Positions 12,565 through 25,306 of a stretch of 64,000 bases of DNA are shown here, one piece after another. The notes below the pieces were generated by a model that worked only from the letters and a program-made list of their open reading frames with translations, was not told where the DNA came from and searched no databases. A program made the translations under genes and the position numbers. This DNA comes from Octopus sinensis (taxonomy: Eukaryota): assembly GCF_006345805.1 (NCBI RefSeq), contig NC_043003.1:56358001-56422000 (forward strand). The letters are read 5' to 3'. Numbering within the stretch: position 1 is the first letter of the stretch; each line of letters opens with the position of its first letter.

Positions 12565-13393
12565 CGAGGTCGCAAAATAAGTGTCCGGAATGTTGCCATA
12601 GTAACGGACCTAAAGCAGGTAGCGTAAAGCTGCGTTGCGGAAATTTATCTAGATCTCTGCTGTGCATGTTATAATGCCCTAGCTCATTCGCCCTGTTTAC
12701 AGCAGTGCTTGGAAACGAACGTGTGTAACGTGTGATCGTTGCGTTAACCACGATAGAAGAAGTTGTTATGGTAATATCTGCTCAGAGGTCTACGCGAAAT
12801 TGTAAGTATACGAGTAGTTCTGACGTTTCAAAAATGGCCAAAAAAATGTTGATATCAACAAACATTCTGGGAGACCCGCAACCAGCAGAACTGAGGAAAA
12901 CATCGCAGCTATGTGTGCAGCTCTAAGGGAAAATCTTTGAATCACCATCTGTGATTTATAAGAGGATGTGCAGATTAGTTACGGTTAAGTTCAATCCATT
13001 ATCACTGAAGATTTGGGTATCAGATACGTGTCTACCAAGTTTGTGCTTTCAATGGAAAACACACTCGGCGCTCAGTTGCACAAGAAGTCTTTGATTATGT
13101 GGAGGACAATGAAAGCATTTTGAAAGTTTTGCGTAGGACTCTGAACAGGTACCGACAAGCTTTTGACAAAATTTGATGCAGAATTTCTGCTCAACATAAT
13201 CTGTCATGCTCGATGCAGCGATCACACGATGCACACCTTCCTTCCAAGCACTGCTTAAACAAAGAAGATAAAGTTAGAGATTAAAGCGCATGCACAACAG
13301 AGAGTAAGGTCAATGTATGCCAAGCAGCTTTACCCTACATGCTTCAGGTTCGTTACTGTAGCAATAGTCCCGATACATATTGATCAAACCACG
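12565..13393. mobile_element. Non-autonomous mariner derivative with two inverted 5' ends (~830 bp)
   Basis: Left arm: TA-CGAGGTCGCAAAATAAGTGTCCGG, then a decayed + strand HTH (SGRPATSRTEENIA..ITEDLGIRYVSTKFV). Right arm: a homologous 5' UTR and MTDYVEQKFCIKFCQKL..CSESYAKL on the - strand, ending in a reverse TIR. Confidence 0.75.
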
Positions 13394-13404
13394 TGAGGTG
13401 TATA

Positions 13405-14995
13405 CAGTTGCGGCCAAAATGTTCAGAACGACATTGTTTTCGTCAGAAAAGTAGGTACAATTTTCTATCAAAGATGTTTTACATTCTATAATTCACAGAC
13501 AATAAATACAATATTAATAGTTATTATCTGAGATTTCGGTGTAATTTGAGAGGAAAATACAAAAGTTATGAATGATTTAGTGATTTACTGCAAAACCCAT
13601 ACCGGCCAAAATGATCAGAATAGTTGAAAAAATAACAAAATAATCAAAAATACTGGAATTATTTAATATTTAGCGTGAAGCCCTTTAGCTTCAATCACAC
13701 TTTGACATCTTCGACTGCATGAGGAAACTAAATTTTCAATTTTTTGCTGAGTGATCTTATTCAATTTTCTTCCTGATGGGCATTCCATAATTGCTCGGTT
13801 GTTTTAGAATTTCTGGCTTTCGAACGTTCTCCTAGACTATTCCACACATTTTCAATAGGATTGAGATCTGGGCGTTGAGCAGGCCAATCCATAACAATAA
13901 CCTTTTCAGCCTTGAGGAAGTTCATGACCACTTTAGCCTTGTGATATGGGGCATTGTCCTGCATGAATATGCACAGGCAAGACATGATCTTTTACAAGTT
14001 GTTTATAAACTCCTGCATTTTACTTTCCATGTAGTCGCACCAAAGGGCCCGCACCATGTCCAGATATCATCCCCCAAACCATGACACTTCCTCCACCGAA
14101 TTTAACACTAGTCTTAAGGCATTTAGTCGACAATTTTTCACCTACTTTTCGACGAACGTACCTTTTCCCATCTAAGCCAAAAGACATAAACTTAGATTCA
14201 TCACTGAAATGTATCGTTTGCCATTTTTCTTGAACCACAACACATGTTCGGTTGCAAATGTAAGACGACACTTTTTATTCTTAGAGATGATCAGTGGCTT
14301 CACTGCAGGCGCTCTTGCTTGTAGGCCATGTTCAACTAAACGACGAGACACAGTTTTTCGAGATAAAGTTTTCTTCAGTTCAATGCTCATTTCCCGAGAA
14401 ACAGCAGCAGCAGTTTTAAATCTGTCCTTTTTAACCAACTTTACCATAGCACGATCTTCTCTCTTGGTCGTTTTTCTTGGCCTACCTGTAGACTTTCTTG
14501 CTTCACACGAACCAGAATCATCGTAGACCTTAAGAATACCATGAACAACACTTTTTGACTTGTTAACCATCTTTGCAATAGACCCAATACTTAAATTATC
14601 CTTCTTTCGAAGCTTAATAATCTGCTGACGAATTGGTAACGGAGTAAGTGGCATTATATAAACAAAGTACACTGCAGATATTCTTACTAATGTTTAGTAA
14701 ACGAACCGTCAAGTAAACAAATTCAAAATATTAGAGTTCGCTGGTTCAATATATTAAACACGGAGTAAAAGCAACCGTTCTTATCATTTTGACCGCCATG
14801 GGTTTTGCAGTAAATCACTAAATCATCCATGACTTTTGTATTATCCTTTCAAATTACACCAAAATCTCCGACAATAATAAATAATATTGTATTTATTGTC
14901 TGTGAAAATTATAGAATATAAAACAGCTTTGATAGAAAATTATATCTACTTTTCTGACGAAAACAATGCCCTTCTGAACATTTTAGCCGCAATTG
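13405..14995 (-). mobile_element. Full-length Tc1-family transposon with long IR/DR terminal repeats
   Basis: TIRs of ~216 bp (13405-13620 and 14778-14995). Each has outer and inner copies of CGGCCAAAATG(T/A)TCAGAA. TA target duplication at 13403-04 and 14996-97. Confidence 0.95.
13663..14654 (-). pseudogene. Disrupted Tc1 DD34E transposase
   Basis: Paired-like HTH plus GRPRK, FSDES, VMVWG, QDNAP-(34 aa)-NPIEN and C-terminal KGLHAKY*. Frameshifts near 14230 and 13975; stops at 14020 and 13761. Confidence 0.93.
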
Positions 14996-15015
14996 TATAT
15001 ACATGATATATATAG

Positions 15016-15046
<31 letters not shown>

Positions 15047-15199
15047 ATATATATATATTATATATATATATATAATTATATATATATATATATTATATAT
15101 ATATATATATATATATTCAAACACATTCAAACATATAAGAGATGGTCAGAATAGGACATCCGACTCACTAGAAAGAGCAGTTAAACTCCAAACCACTAA

Positions 15200-15600
15200 T
15201 AGTTGTAATTCTGAAATGGAAAAAGAAATAAAAGCGTTTACCCTATCCTAAGGTTCATCTCGAACCTTAGATAGGGAAAGTTCAATTTCTTTCTTGAAAA
15301 CATCCACCCTGGGCCATGAAAATACCTCAGACATTTCGGCAAGGCGTTAAATAGTTGTAGGCCGCTGATACCTAAACGATTGCAGTGCATAGTCTTCACT
15401 CTAGGTGAAATAGCTGAGACATCCAGTTATGGTACTGGTATAACTCTAGATACCAAAGTGTGGAAACAGCCACTCCAAGACCTTCCGTACATATATCACT
15501 TAAGTCATAGCACTTTTAGTCTCTCCCAGCTGCTCTGCAGTTCTATTGATGCAAAATTCCTGATGAAGCATATGATAGGAGGTACATGAACGGAGGTACC
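15200..15600 (-). mobile_element. CR1-like LINE 3' fragment
   Basis: Minus translation IYVRKVLEWLFPHFGI*SYT and GLQLFNALPKCLR..VDVFKKEIELSLSKVRDEP, typical of a CR1-group ORF2 C-terminus. Related to 26700-27950. Confidence 0.75.
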
Positions 15601-15681
15601 GTTGCCCGTATAAGTCCCCAGATCACGCAGTGTACGTGGCCCTAGGATAGTTTCTCCTTATATATATTTACATATATTCAT

Positions 15682-16061
15682 TCTTTTACTCTTTTACTTG
15701 TTTCAGTCATTTGACTCTGGCCATGCTGGAGCACCATCTTTAGTCGAGCAAATCGACCCCAGGACTATTCTTTGTAAGCCTAGCACTTATTCTATCGCTA
15801 GTTACGGAGACGTAAACACACCAGCAACGGTTGTCAAGCGATGTTGGTGGGACAAACATAGACACACAAACACACACATACATATATATACATCTATACG
15901 ACGGGCAACTTTCAGTTTCCGTCTACCAAATCTACTCACAAGGCACTGGTCGGCCCGAGGCTATAGTAGAAGACACGTACCCAAGGTGCCACACAGTGGG
16001 ACTGAACCCGGAACCATGTGGTTGGTAATCAAGCTACTTACCACACAACCACTCCAACGCC
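15682..16061 (-). mobile_element. CORE-like tRNA SINE, near full length
   Basis: Reverse complement is colinear with 29985-30394, including TGGCACCTTGGGTACGTG and the (GAGTAAAA) tail. Confidence 0.92.
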
Positions 16062-16255
16062 TTCAAAATGTGACCTCGTGTGTACCATTGGCGATTTTGT
16101 TTCCTCTGTCTTCCCTTCTCAGGATCTTTCCTTCTCCTATGTTTCCGACGAAGAGCTCCGCTCGAAACGTTAACCCCTTCTTCCCTTCTTTCCTGAGCGT
16201 CCAACACGCGTTGTTGTGTGTTTTTTTTGTGTTTCTTGTTTGGATTAACTTTATT
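16062..16255 (+). repeat. Short Penelope-associated-type repeat with a hammerhead-like motif at 16141-16175
   Basis: GTTT CCGACGA A GAGC-TCC-GCTC GAAACGTT AAC; same architecture as 6798-6835. Confidence 0.6.
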
Positions 16256-16276
16256 ACATATATTATATCTAATATA

Positions 16277-16387
<111 letters not shown>

Positions 16388-16827
16388 ATATATATAAATT
16401 CTACATACATATAGATATAACATGTACATTCTGTTGGGATGGTTTTTGTGTGTCATAATTTATATTGTTTTCTTAGCCAAGTAGACACTGGGATTTTATT
16501 TTAGTAACAAATACAATTTAAGGTGGTGCTCCAGTATGGCTGCAGTCACATGACTAAAACAAGTTACAAAATATATATTTACTGATGTATTATCATTGAT
16601 ACTGCTATTAATACTATATCTAGCTATAGCAGTAGTATGAGCAGCAGGAGTATTACGGCTCTTATGATCATGTTCGCTGTATAAATGATTACTAAATACA
16701 TAAATAAAATGATGTTTTCGTTTAAGCCAAAACAAAACAAGGATTTATTGTTTAAATCGAAACCTAGAAAAAACATGACAAATATAGCCGTTTCGAGATT
16801 TAAGATATATATGTATATATATATATA

Positions 16828-16868
<41 letters not shown>

Positions 16869-16970
16869 TTGTGTGTGTGTGTGTGTGTATGTGTGTACGT
16901 ATATCATCTATCTATAATTATATATATAATAATAGATAGATAAATAAATAGATAGATGTATAGACACACA

Positions 16971-17021
<51 letters not shown>

Positions 17022-17113
17022 CAAATATATATGTATATATATGAAATACAAGTATTAAATACACACACACATATATATATATATACATATATATATGCAT
17101 ATATGTGCATGTA

Positions 17114-17147
<34 letters not shown>

Positions 17148-17682
17148 TACATACATGTATATATATATATGTATATATGTATTATATACCATATACATAT
17201 ATATACATATATATATATAATATATATATACATTATATATATATATATATCAATTCGCTTTGTTCAATTTCGTCATTTTTCATTGAAAACATCCATCAAA
17301 ATCTCGTTGTTTATTTCGATATAATTGCGAATATAACTATTTTTAAATGACAGATTATAATAACGAATTTAATAAAAGAGTAACACTATAGCTTCCATCA
17401 ATAAATACAACATTAAAACTACCAATAATTTATTCGATTATTACCCCTCCGACTTCAATTAAATATCCATTTTGCTTCTTAGACATTTACTTTGAATCTT
17501 GCGGCAGAAAAAGGGAGAAAAAAAACAAATAAAAATCTGCATAATCCGAAGGAATTCTGAGAAAACCTTTGTATAGACTTGAATATGCACAGACACACAC
17601 ACACACACAGACACACATGTGGGGAAGATAGTATATGTATTTATACACACGAATATTTGCATGCGTATGTGTATGTGTGTGA

Positions 17683-17723
<41 letters not shown>

Positions 17724-17947
17724 TATATATATGTGTGGGTGTGAGATCTGTCTTTGTGTTCGAGTATATAAATTTATAGTGGATGAGTCACGTATATTGC
17801 GGTCTATATAGAGATACTACAATTTTTAATGGCAAGCAAATTATATTGGTATGACTGAGAGATTCAACACCGTTTCAAGCCTGCAAGATTAATGCGGTTG
17901 GTCCTACGCTGAAACATTTGGAAATCAATATTTATATTTCTGGTTTA

Positions 17948-18163
17948 AAGCGGTGAGCTGGAAGAATCGTTAGCACGCCAGGTAAATATGCTTCATGGCA
18001 TTTCACCCGTCTTTACGTTTTGAGTTTAAATTCCACCGAGGTCGATGTTGCCTTTCAACATTTCGGCATCGACAAAATAAGTATCAGTAAAGTACTCCGA
18101 TTGATATAATCCATTTACCCACTCTCTCGAATTTGCTGACCGTGTGCTAAAATTTCAAACCAA
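17948..18163 (+). mobile_element. Nin/Deu-domain-like SINE
   Basis: Head GCGGTGAGCTGGAAGAATCGTTAGCACGCC, core GAGGTCGATGTTGCCTTTCA..TCGACAAAATAAGTA, tail AAATTTCAAACCAAT. Confidence 0.8.
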
Positions 18164-20869
18164 TGATATTTTTTTATTTATTTTGGTGAATAGAATTATT
18201 TCGTGTGACTAAAAAGGAAATAGAAAAATAGCGAGCAGCCAATGCGCCTGTGAGGGTCTGATGCCACTCCTGCAACTTCTGATATGAAGGCCCCAGAACA
18301 AACCAAATATAAGTCTACATAGACCTTCGCCCAGCCTGTCACAATATGGAGGAGTATAACAATTGCAGTTAAAGAGTATGTTAATAACGAATGGTAATAG
18401 AAAGACAATAATGAATACGAAATGCGTTTGTAGGTAAGACTACAAAAGCCCATATAATTTGAAGCTTCCCTAACCAAGTTGAAATGTATGAAGATGACGC
18501 AGGTCATCTTAGTATTTAAATAGTAAGCTGGAATTCATGGTACAGCATAAAGCTTAATGAATCCCACTGGTTATTGCTGGCCTTTTGCTTATCATCATGA
18601 ATCAGAGCATAATTATTGTATTTTGGATTGTCTGGTGAAACATTCATTAACTTTCTCATTACGGGTTTGAAGGATTTGGTTGTTTATCAATAAGATTAAC
18701 ATCATTATCGTTTCTTGATATGCTTCACTGACAATGGAACAACGGATGGGAAGGAATGTGATGGTATAAGATAAATATAGCCAATGGGGATATGGTGATA
18801 TGCAGGCATTCTTGCGACTTCTGAAATTAAGCTTGCAAAACAAAGTAAAACATACACCCAGAGTATCACTAGATGTAGGAGTATCACAATGGAACTTAGA
18901 GAGAGTATGACAATGGCAGTTAAAAAGAGTATGACAATAGCAGAGAGAGTAAGTTAACAACGAATGTTAATAGAAAGACAGTAATGGACAATGGGACCAG
19001 GGATGGGAGGAAACGGAATGACATAAGAGAAATATAGCAGTTTTAGATGTTGTAACATACGAAGAGTGATAGAACAATTTCAAAGACATTTCCTACAGGT
19101 ATAGTATATCTGAACAGATTATTGTTGTGTCTGTTCCATCATTGATTGCAGATTCTTTCTTTTTTAAATATTTTCGCTGCTATTTCTGGCAGGTCGATTA
19201 ATCCCGTTGAGGATGGAGTTGGTATTGAAATTGATCCTCTGCTCTTCAATTGTTTTCTGAAATATGTGATCTGTGCGAGAAATCAATAGTGGTCACATTT
19301 ATAAAATCCACCTTCATCCTATATTTAATCCCTTTTGGGAGCCTTTATCAAACAACGTTATTATCAAAGATATTACGACCATGGCCATCTCGATAGTTTG
19401 CATGTGACAGAGGACAATGTAGTCGCATATTTGTCTCAAATATTTATATTTGATTAAGGTCGTAGGTGTGATCAGAGCACAATTTCGCAGCCAGTACAAG
19501 AATGCATACCGATAGTATATAAGCTCTCTTAGTATGGAAATGATGGAGGATATGTGCATAGCCTTTTGTCATCATTGGTCGAGTCCATTATAGAGACAGT
19601 GCCTTAACTAGTTCTGCTATGCCTGCGTTGTTACCAGAAACAATTACTGAGGCCCTGAGAGATATTAATACTCAGGATCAGAGTAATTCTGGGGAAAATA
19701 ATGGCTAGCAGTTGGTGCAATATTTCTCGAAATCTTGGAAGTCACGGACCAGGGCCCACTAACATACTTACTTTCGAATCGTCCCAGAATTATGAAGGAA
19801 GTAAAAATAGATATCAAGGGTGCGGCTAATACATCAATTTGGCTTGCTCTGGTAGGGGGTGGATATAGCAATTCATTCATGCAAGGCAAAATACACTGAA
19901 GAACTTCCTTCATCTATATTCCTCAGATCATCACCTTTTCTTCTTTTTTTGCCATTTAAACCCAGAACTTCTATATATAATAAGTAAAAATATATAACTG
20001 TTCCAATATACTACTTATAAATTACTTGCTGTAGTGTCATCTTCCCACTATCTGACAGCCATTTTATTAATATTATTAAGTTAAATTTTAGTTGTTTTTT
20101 CACAGATATATAATTTTCCTATTCTCTGAAATTTATTGAATTTATATTACGAAAAAAAAAATAAAATAAATAGCGAATATTTTTTTTACTAATATTGAAC
20201 ATTTATAACGAATGTTGACAATAAAAGTGAAATTGATTAAAAGGTTTTTTGATTTTACTTTACTTGTTTTATATATGGCATATAGTGTAACATGGACGTC
20301 TAATAGCTATTTATCATACATAACTAATACGTTAATATGCCTCTTTCTCAACCACTATACACAATATATATACACACATGCATATATATGTATATCTATT
20401 ATCTGTATCTATATCTATCTATCTATCTGTATATATATATATATATATTATATATGATATATATATTATATATTATATATATATATATATTATATATATA
20501 TATATATAAGTATATAGATATAGATATATACATATATATACATACATATTTGTGTGGGTGTGTGCGTCTTGTTGGATAGCAGTCTGGACAGAACATTCAA
20601 TATAGGCATAGAATATTGTAAATATTTTGTAGTCATTTCAATAGCCTAGTAATCGGGCGTTTTTTGCCTACATGCGGAATATAGTAATGGACAATTGTAA
20701 ACAGGGTCACGTAGTTGATAGCAGAAACACGTTGCTCCGTGTACACTTTAGAGCAATCTAGCAGTAAGCAACCAGTAAAACAAATGCAAGTCCTCTGAAG
20801 GCCATAATCGATCAGTTTTTTTTATAGAATATGCCATATGCCAGACTATGTTAGTTTTTTCCCTTCATA

Positions 20870-20975
20870 GGCTCTTAGAGGATATTTTCACCTTAATCCA
20901 GATATTCATAAACCCGGAAGACTTTTGGTTCCGTAACTCTAATGCAGCTTCCGACATAGGTTTATTCGGAATGAT
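20870..20975 (+). mobile_element. Possible Penelope-like RT N-terminal relic
   Basis: Translation GYFHLNPDIHKPGR resembles the FYxLPKIHKPG motif of PLE RTs. Short and degenerate. Confidence 0.35.
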
Positions 20976-21274
20976 GGCCTATTAGGAAATGTATATGGCT
21001 AGCGATCAGCGTCGTACTAAACGTTTTGCTAATCTGGCACCAAATATTTATTTTCACTTATACTTGTGAGTTGTTTAACTGCTACTTACGTAATATCGCA
21101 GCTAAGAATTACGTGTCACTAACTATTTATCAGGCGTTTTATGGTTACATACTATATATTAGGACAGTGTTGCATTTAGCATATTTTATCTACCTATCTA
21201 ACTTCCCTCTCTTTTCTCTCTCTCTCTCTCTCTTTCTATCTATCTGTTTCTGTCTATCTATACATATGCGCGAG

Positions 21275-21615
21275 TGAGGCCCAGCTACGTTGAAGCGGTC
21301 AGAACATCGATTGGCAAAGGGCCATGGAAAGATCAATGCTGGGATTATCATTAACATAGCTCATTCGAAATAAGATAATTCGAGAACAGAGCAGAGTGAA
21401 CGATGTGTTCGCAGAGTACCACTCGGCCGGACACGTCGCAAGGTTCACAGACAACACGTGAACACGCACAGTTCCACTTGGAGGACATTCACAACGACTA
21501 GAAGACGATTAGGTTAAGTAATTTAGGCCAAGATGGAAAAGAATGGCGCTATGAAAACAGAATTGGAAGCGCATTGTGATCAGCGGCGTATAACAGAATC
21601 TGATGGTCTGCTCAA
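21275..21615 (+). mobile_element. RTE-clade LINE 3' fragment
   Basis: QRAMERSMLGLS..IRNKIIREQSRVNDV..AGHVARFTD matches the conserved RTE ORF C-terminus (QRAMERxMLG..WAGHxAR). Confidence 0.82.
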
Positions 21616-21684
21616 TACTTTTCGATTCTGTCTGACTTATAATTGTCTCCTTCCTCAGAAGAGAACACACACATATACATACAT

Positions 21685-22072
21685 AGGTTCAGGCATGACT
21701 GCGCAGTAAGAAGCTTGCTTCCCAACCACAAAGTTCCGGATTCAGTCCCACTGCGTGGCACATTGAGCGAGTGTCTTCTACTATAGCCACGGACCGACCA
21801 AAACCTTGTCAGTGGATTTGGTTGACGGAAACTGAAAGAAGCCCATCGTATATGAGTGTGCGCGAATTTGTGTGTGTTTGTTCCTGCAAAAACGCTTGTC
21901 AACCGATGTCGATGTGTTTACGTCCGGCAATATAGCAGTTCAGCAAAATACACCGATAGAATAAGTACTAGGTTTACAAAGACTAAGTACTGGGGTCGAA
22001 TTGTTCGACTAAATGTGGTTCTCAATCATGGCCGCAAGCAAGTGACTGAAACAAGTAAAATAATAAAAGAAT
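21685..22072 (+). mobile_element. CORE-like tRNA SINE, diverged
   Basis: Colinear with 29985-30394. Confidence 0.88.
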
Positions 22073-22331
22073 ACATATATATATACATACTACATACATG
22101 CATACATACATACATACATTCATACATACATACATGCTGGCTCTCGAATGGTTAGAGAAGTATGGCAATCTTATATGTTAATGACAGTCGCTGCCAGAAG
22201 TGCCTTGGCTGAATTTGAAGGTCGATGGAATGTACAGAACAGACAAAACTCTTACAAGATCTCTCACAATGAGGTGGGTGTTATTTCAGATTTTCCTTCT
22301 CCTATCAATTTGCTTCTCTATACTTACGGAC

Positions 22332-22638
22332 GTGGAGGCACATGGCCTAGTGGTTAGAGCAGCGGACTGGCGGTCGATGGATCGCGTGTTCGAATCCCAG
22401 ACCGGGCGATGTGTGTGTTTATGAGCAAAAAACACCTGAGCTCCACGCGGCTCCGGTAGAAGGTAATGGCGAACTTCTACTGACTCTTTCGCCACAATTT
22501 TCTCTCATTTTTTCCTCCTGCATGTAGCAGCGCACCTGCGATGGACCGGTGTCCTATCTAGGTGGGGAACCTATACGCCAATGAAACCGGAAAACCGGCC
22601 CTTATGAGCCAGGCATGGCTTGAGAAGGAACAAACAAA
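22332..22638 (+). mobile_element. tRNA-derived SINE with a Meta/V-like tail
   Basis: GTGGAGGCACATGGCCTAGTGGTT (A box) and GTTCGAATCCC (B box). Tail CCTGCGATGGACC..GAAACCGG..CCGGCCCTTATGAGCC ends in AACAAACAAA. Confidence 0.85.
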
Positions 22639-22911
22639 ATGCATACCGACAGACAGACAGACATTTATAAATACATGCCAGCAGATACATACGCACATAC
22701 ATGAAGATATAAATATATATATATATGTTACTTAAGAGACATCAGAAATGCTTACTTTAGAAGGAAATTATATAATGTTGTGTAGATATTATTTACCCTC
22801 TCTTACTACTCAATTACAGTTATGATGCATCTAATTTCTAAATTGCAAACATAATATCTCTGTGTCGCTGGCCACTAAAATACAAAAAACCCCAAAATTT
22901 GCATATATATA

Positions 22912-22961
<50 letters not shown>

Positions 22962-23324
22962 ATATATATATATGTGTGTGTGTGTATGTATATGTATGTA
23001 TGTATGCATATACGAAGTAAACATGAAAGTTATGTAAACGTAATTTTGCATATTTCTAAAAGCTGGCAGTCGTAGATTCGCCATTGTAACATTGGACAGA
23101 CTTTTGGTTAATATCAGAGCCTATCACTCTTCTATAGCGAATTTCTTCTGGGATTAGAGAGGGAAGATAAAGAGAGAGCCAGAGAGAGGGGAGAGAGGGG
23201 AGAGAGAGACCGACCGATAAGCAGGAAAGCAAGCAGATTAGACTGCAGCACTACACTCGTTCCCAAAAGAATGAGTTCAAATTCAGCAAATTCTCAATTG
23301 GAATTTCCACTCACCATCTTTTCT

Positions 23325-23513
23325 ACTATAGACACAAGGCCGAAATTTTGTGGAAGGGGTAAGTCGATTAAATCCATTCTAGCATTCAAGTGGTACTTGA
23401 TTTATCGAACCTGAAATGATGAAGGGCAAAGTCTAGTTTGGTGGAATTTGAACTCAGAACGAAGCGACGGGTGAAATATAGCTAAGAATCTCATCCAACG
23501 ATTCTGCCAGCTC
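23325..23513 (-). mobile_element. Nin/Deu-like SINE
   Basis: Contains GGTACTTGATTTATCGA..GATGAAGGGCAAAGTC..GGAATTTGAACTCAGAACG..GATTCTGCCAGCTC. Confidence 0.8.
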
Positions 23514-25097
23514 AACTAAAGAGGGATATTCTCTTCGAAGTTTTAATGATATGGACGATTTGCTAGCTTCCATAAATACATGTTTATACATATATAAACG
23601 CATTTATATATATAAATATATATGGGAACACCTGTATTTGTGTGTGTATATGTGTGTGTATATGTGTGTATGTGTGTGTGTGTGTGTGCATGGATGCCCA
23701 AATGTTGAAGTGTTCAATTGCATGTGTATATATGTGAGTATACCTGTGTCTAATTAATTGAAATGTCAAGACTGTCTCAGCTGTGTTGCTTGTCCAGTCA
23801 GTGTTAAACTGATACTCATTTCTTCTGAATACAGATAGAAATTTCATTAAGTAAATATCTCTATACACTATACTAAATATAACAGTCCTGACTTAACCAC
23901 CTGAAAAGAAAAAAAAATGTACAAACAATAGAGTAGAAGAGCTAACAGAAAATGTATATAATAACTTATGAATTTAATGAAAATGCAGAATTTAACGAAA
24001 AGCTAGCAGTATGACAGGTATCAGCGAAGTGCTACTGACAATTTACTATAATATCTTTATTTTAAAAAATACTTGAAGCCTAGTAATCGTGAGGAAGGCT
24101 TCCCAATATCTATGGCGTCTGCGTGACCGAGACCACACCAATCTGTTGTAGGACAGCACATTTGCAGAACTCAAGGCCAGCAATTTTGAGGCGACGAAAC
24201 CAGTTGATTTTACGACCTTCAGTACTTCGCTGGTACTTTACCTCGAAGGGTTTTTAGAGAACTTAGTAATATATATATATACATATATATATATATGTGT
24301 ATGTATGTATGTATGTATGTATGTATGTATGTATGTATGTATGTATGTATGTATGTGTGTGTGTGTGTGTATTTATACTCGAACTATGTGTATGTGTGTA
24401 TCTCTGTTTTATCTGACTCTATATTGTGATCAATTAAAGAAGAAGAAAATGCAGAAGCCATTCTATGTTACCAAAGATGTGTTGAGAGAACTTGGTAATT
24501 CAACAATACTGAATACTAACTGATTGCTCAACACAAATAGACAATCTTCAAGCCAGGACGTCGGACAAATATTTTTCAGATAGGAAATATTGATATATTA
24601 TTGTAAGATTTTTTTTAAAGAACGTACACCACCGCATGAAAAAAAAAAAGAAAACCGAGAGATTTGACAAATTTGATGTAGGAAACATTCGACACCAAAT
24701 ATGCAGCAGAATTTAGACCATATTTTTGTCTAAATACGTTATTTCTTCTTTCCAATTCTCCTGATCATATATTTATAAACTCGATCCTGTATTTTTACTG
24801 GGTATTCTCATGTACGATCGGATCGATGAGCGAGAAGCATTGTACATTTAGCTAACTAGCAATGGCAATTATTTTAGATTTTCTGTCGTTACTTCAATTT
24901 TTTATTGTGTAATTTCCTTGGAGGCAATGAGAAATAGCTATAAATGTGACGCACTATTCACCTTACCGATGTATCATCCTTATGCGATGACAATCTAATA
25001 TGATTACACACCCATGCATGCCTGCACACACAATCGCACACGCATGCACTCATATCAACACCCATGTACATATATATATATATGTCTCGCCCTCTCA

Positions 25098-25151
<54 letters not shown>

Positions 25152-25247
25152 TTACACACACATGAATATGTATATATACATGTATATATATATATATATA
25201 TATAGATATATATATATATATATGTGCATATATATATATATATATAG

Positions 25248-25306
<59 letters not shown>

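Noticed and set aside
20871-20959. Exon-like segment with a good acceptor and one open frame
   Set aside because: An alternative frame resembles the Penelope RT PKIHKPG motif and the donor (GTTTAT) is weak, so a TE relic is more likely.
22332-22405. tRNA-like sequence with A and B boxes
   Set aside because: No proper cloverleaf or acceptor stem, and it continues into a SINE body. It is a SINE head, not a tRNA gene.
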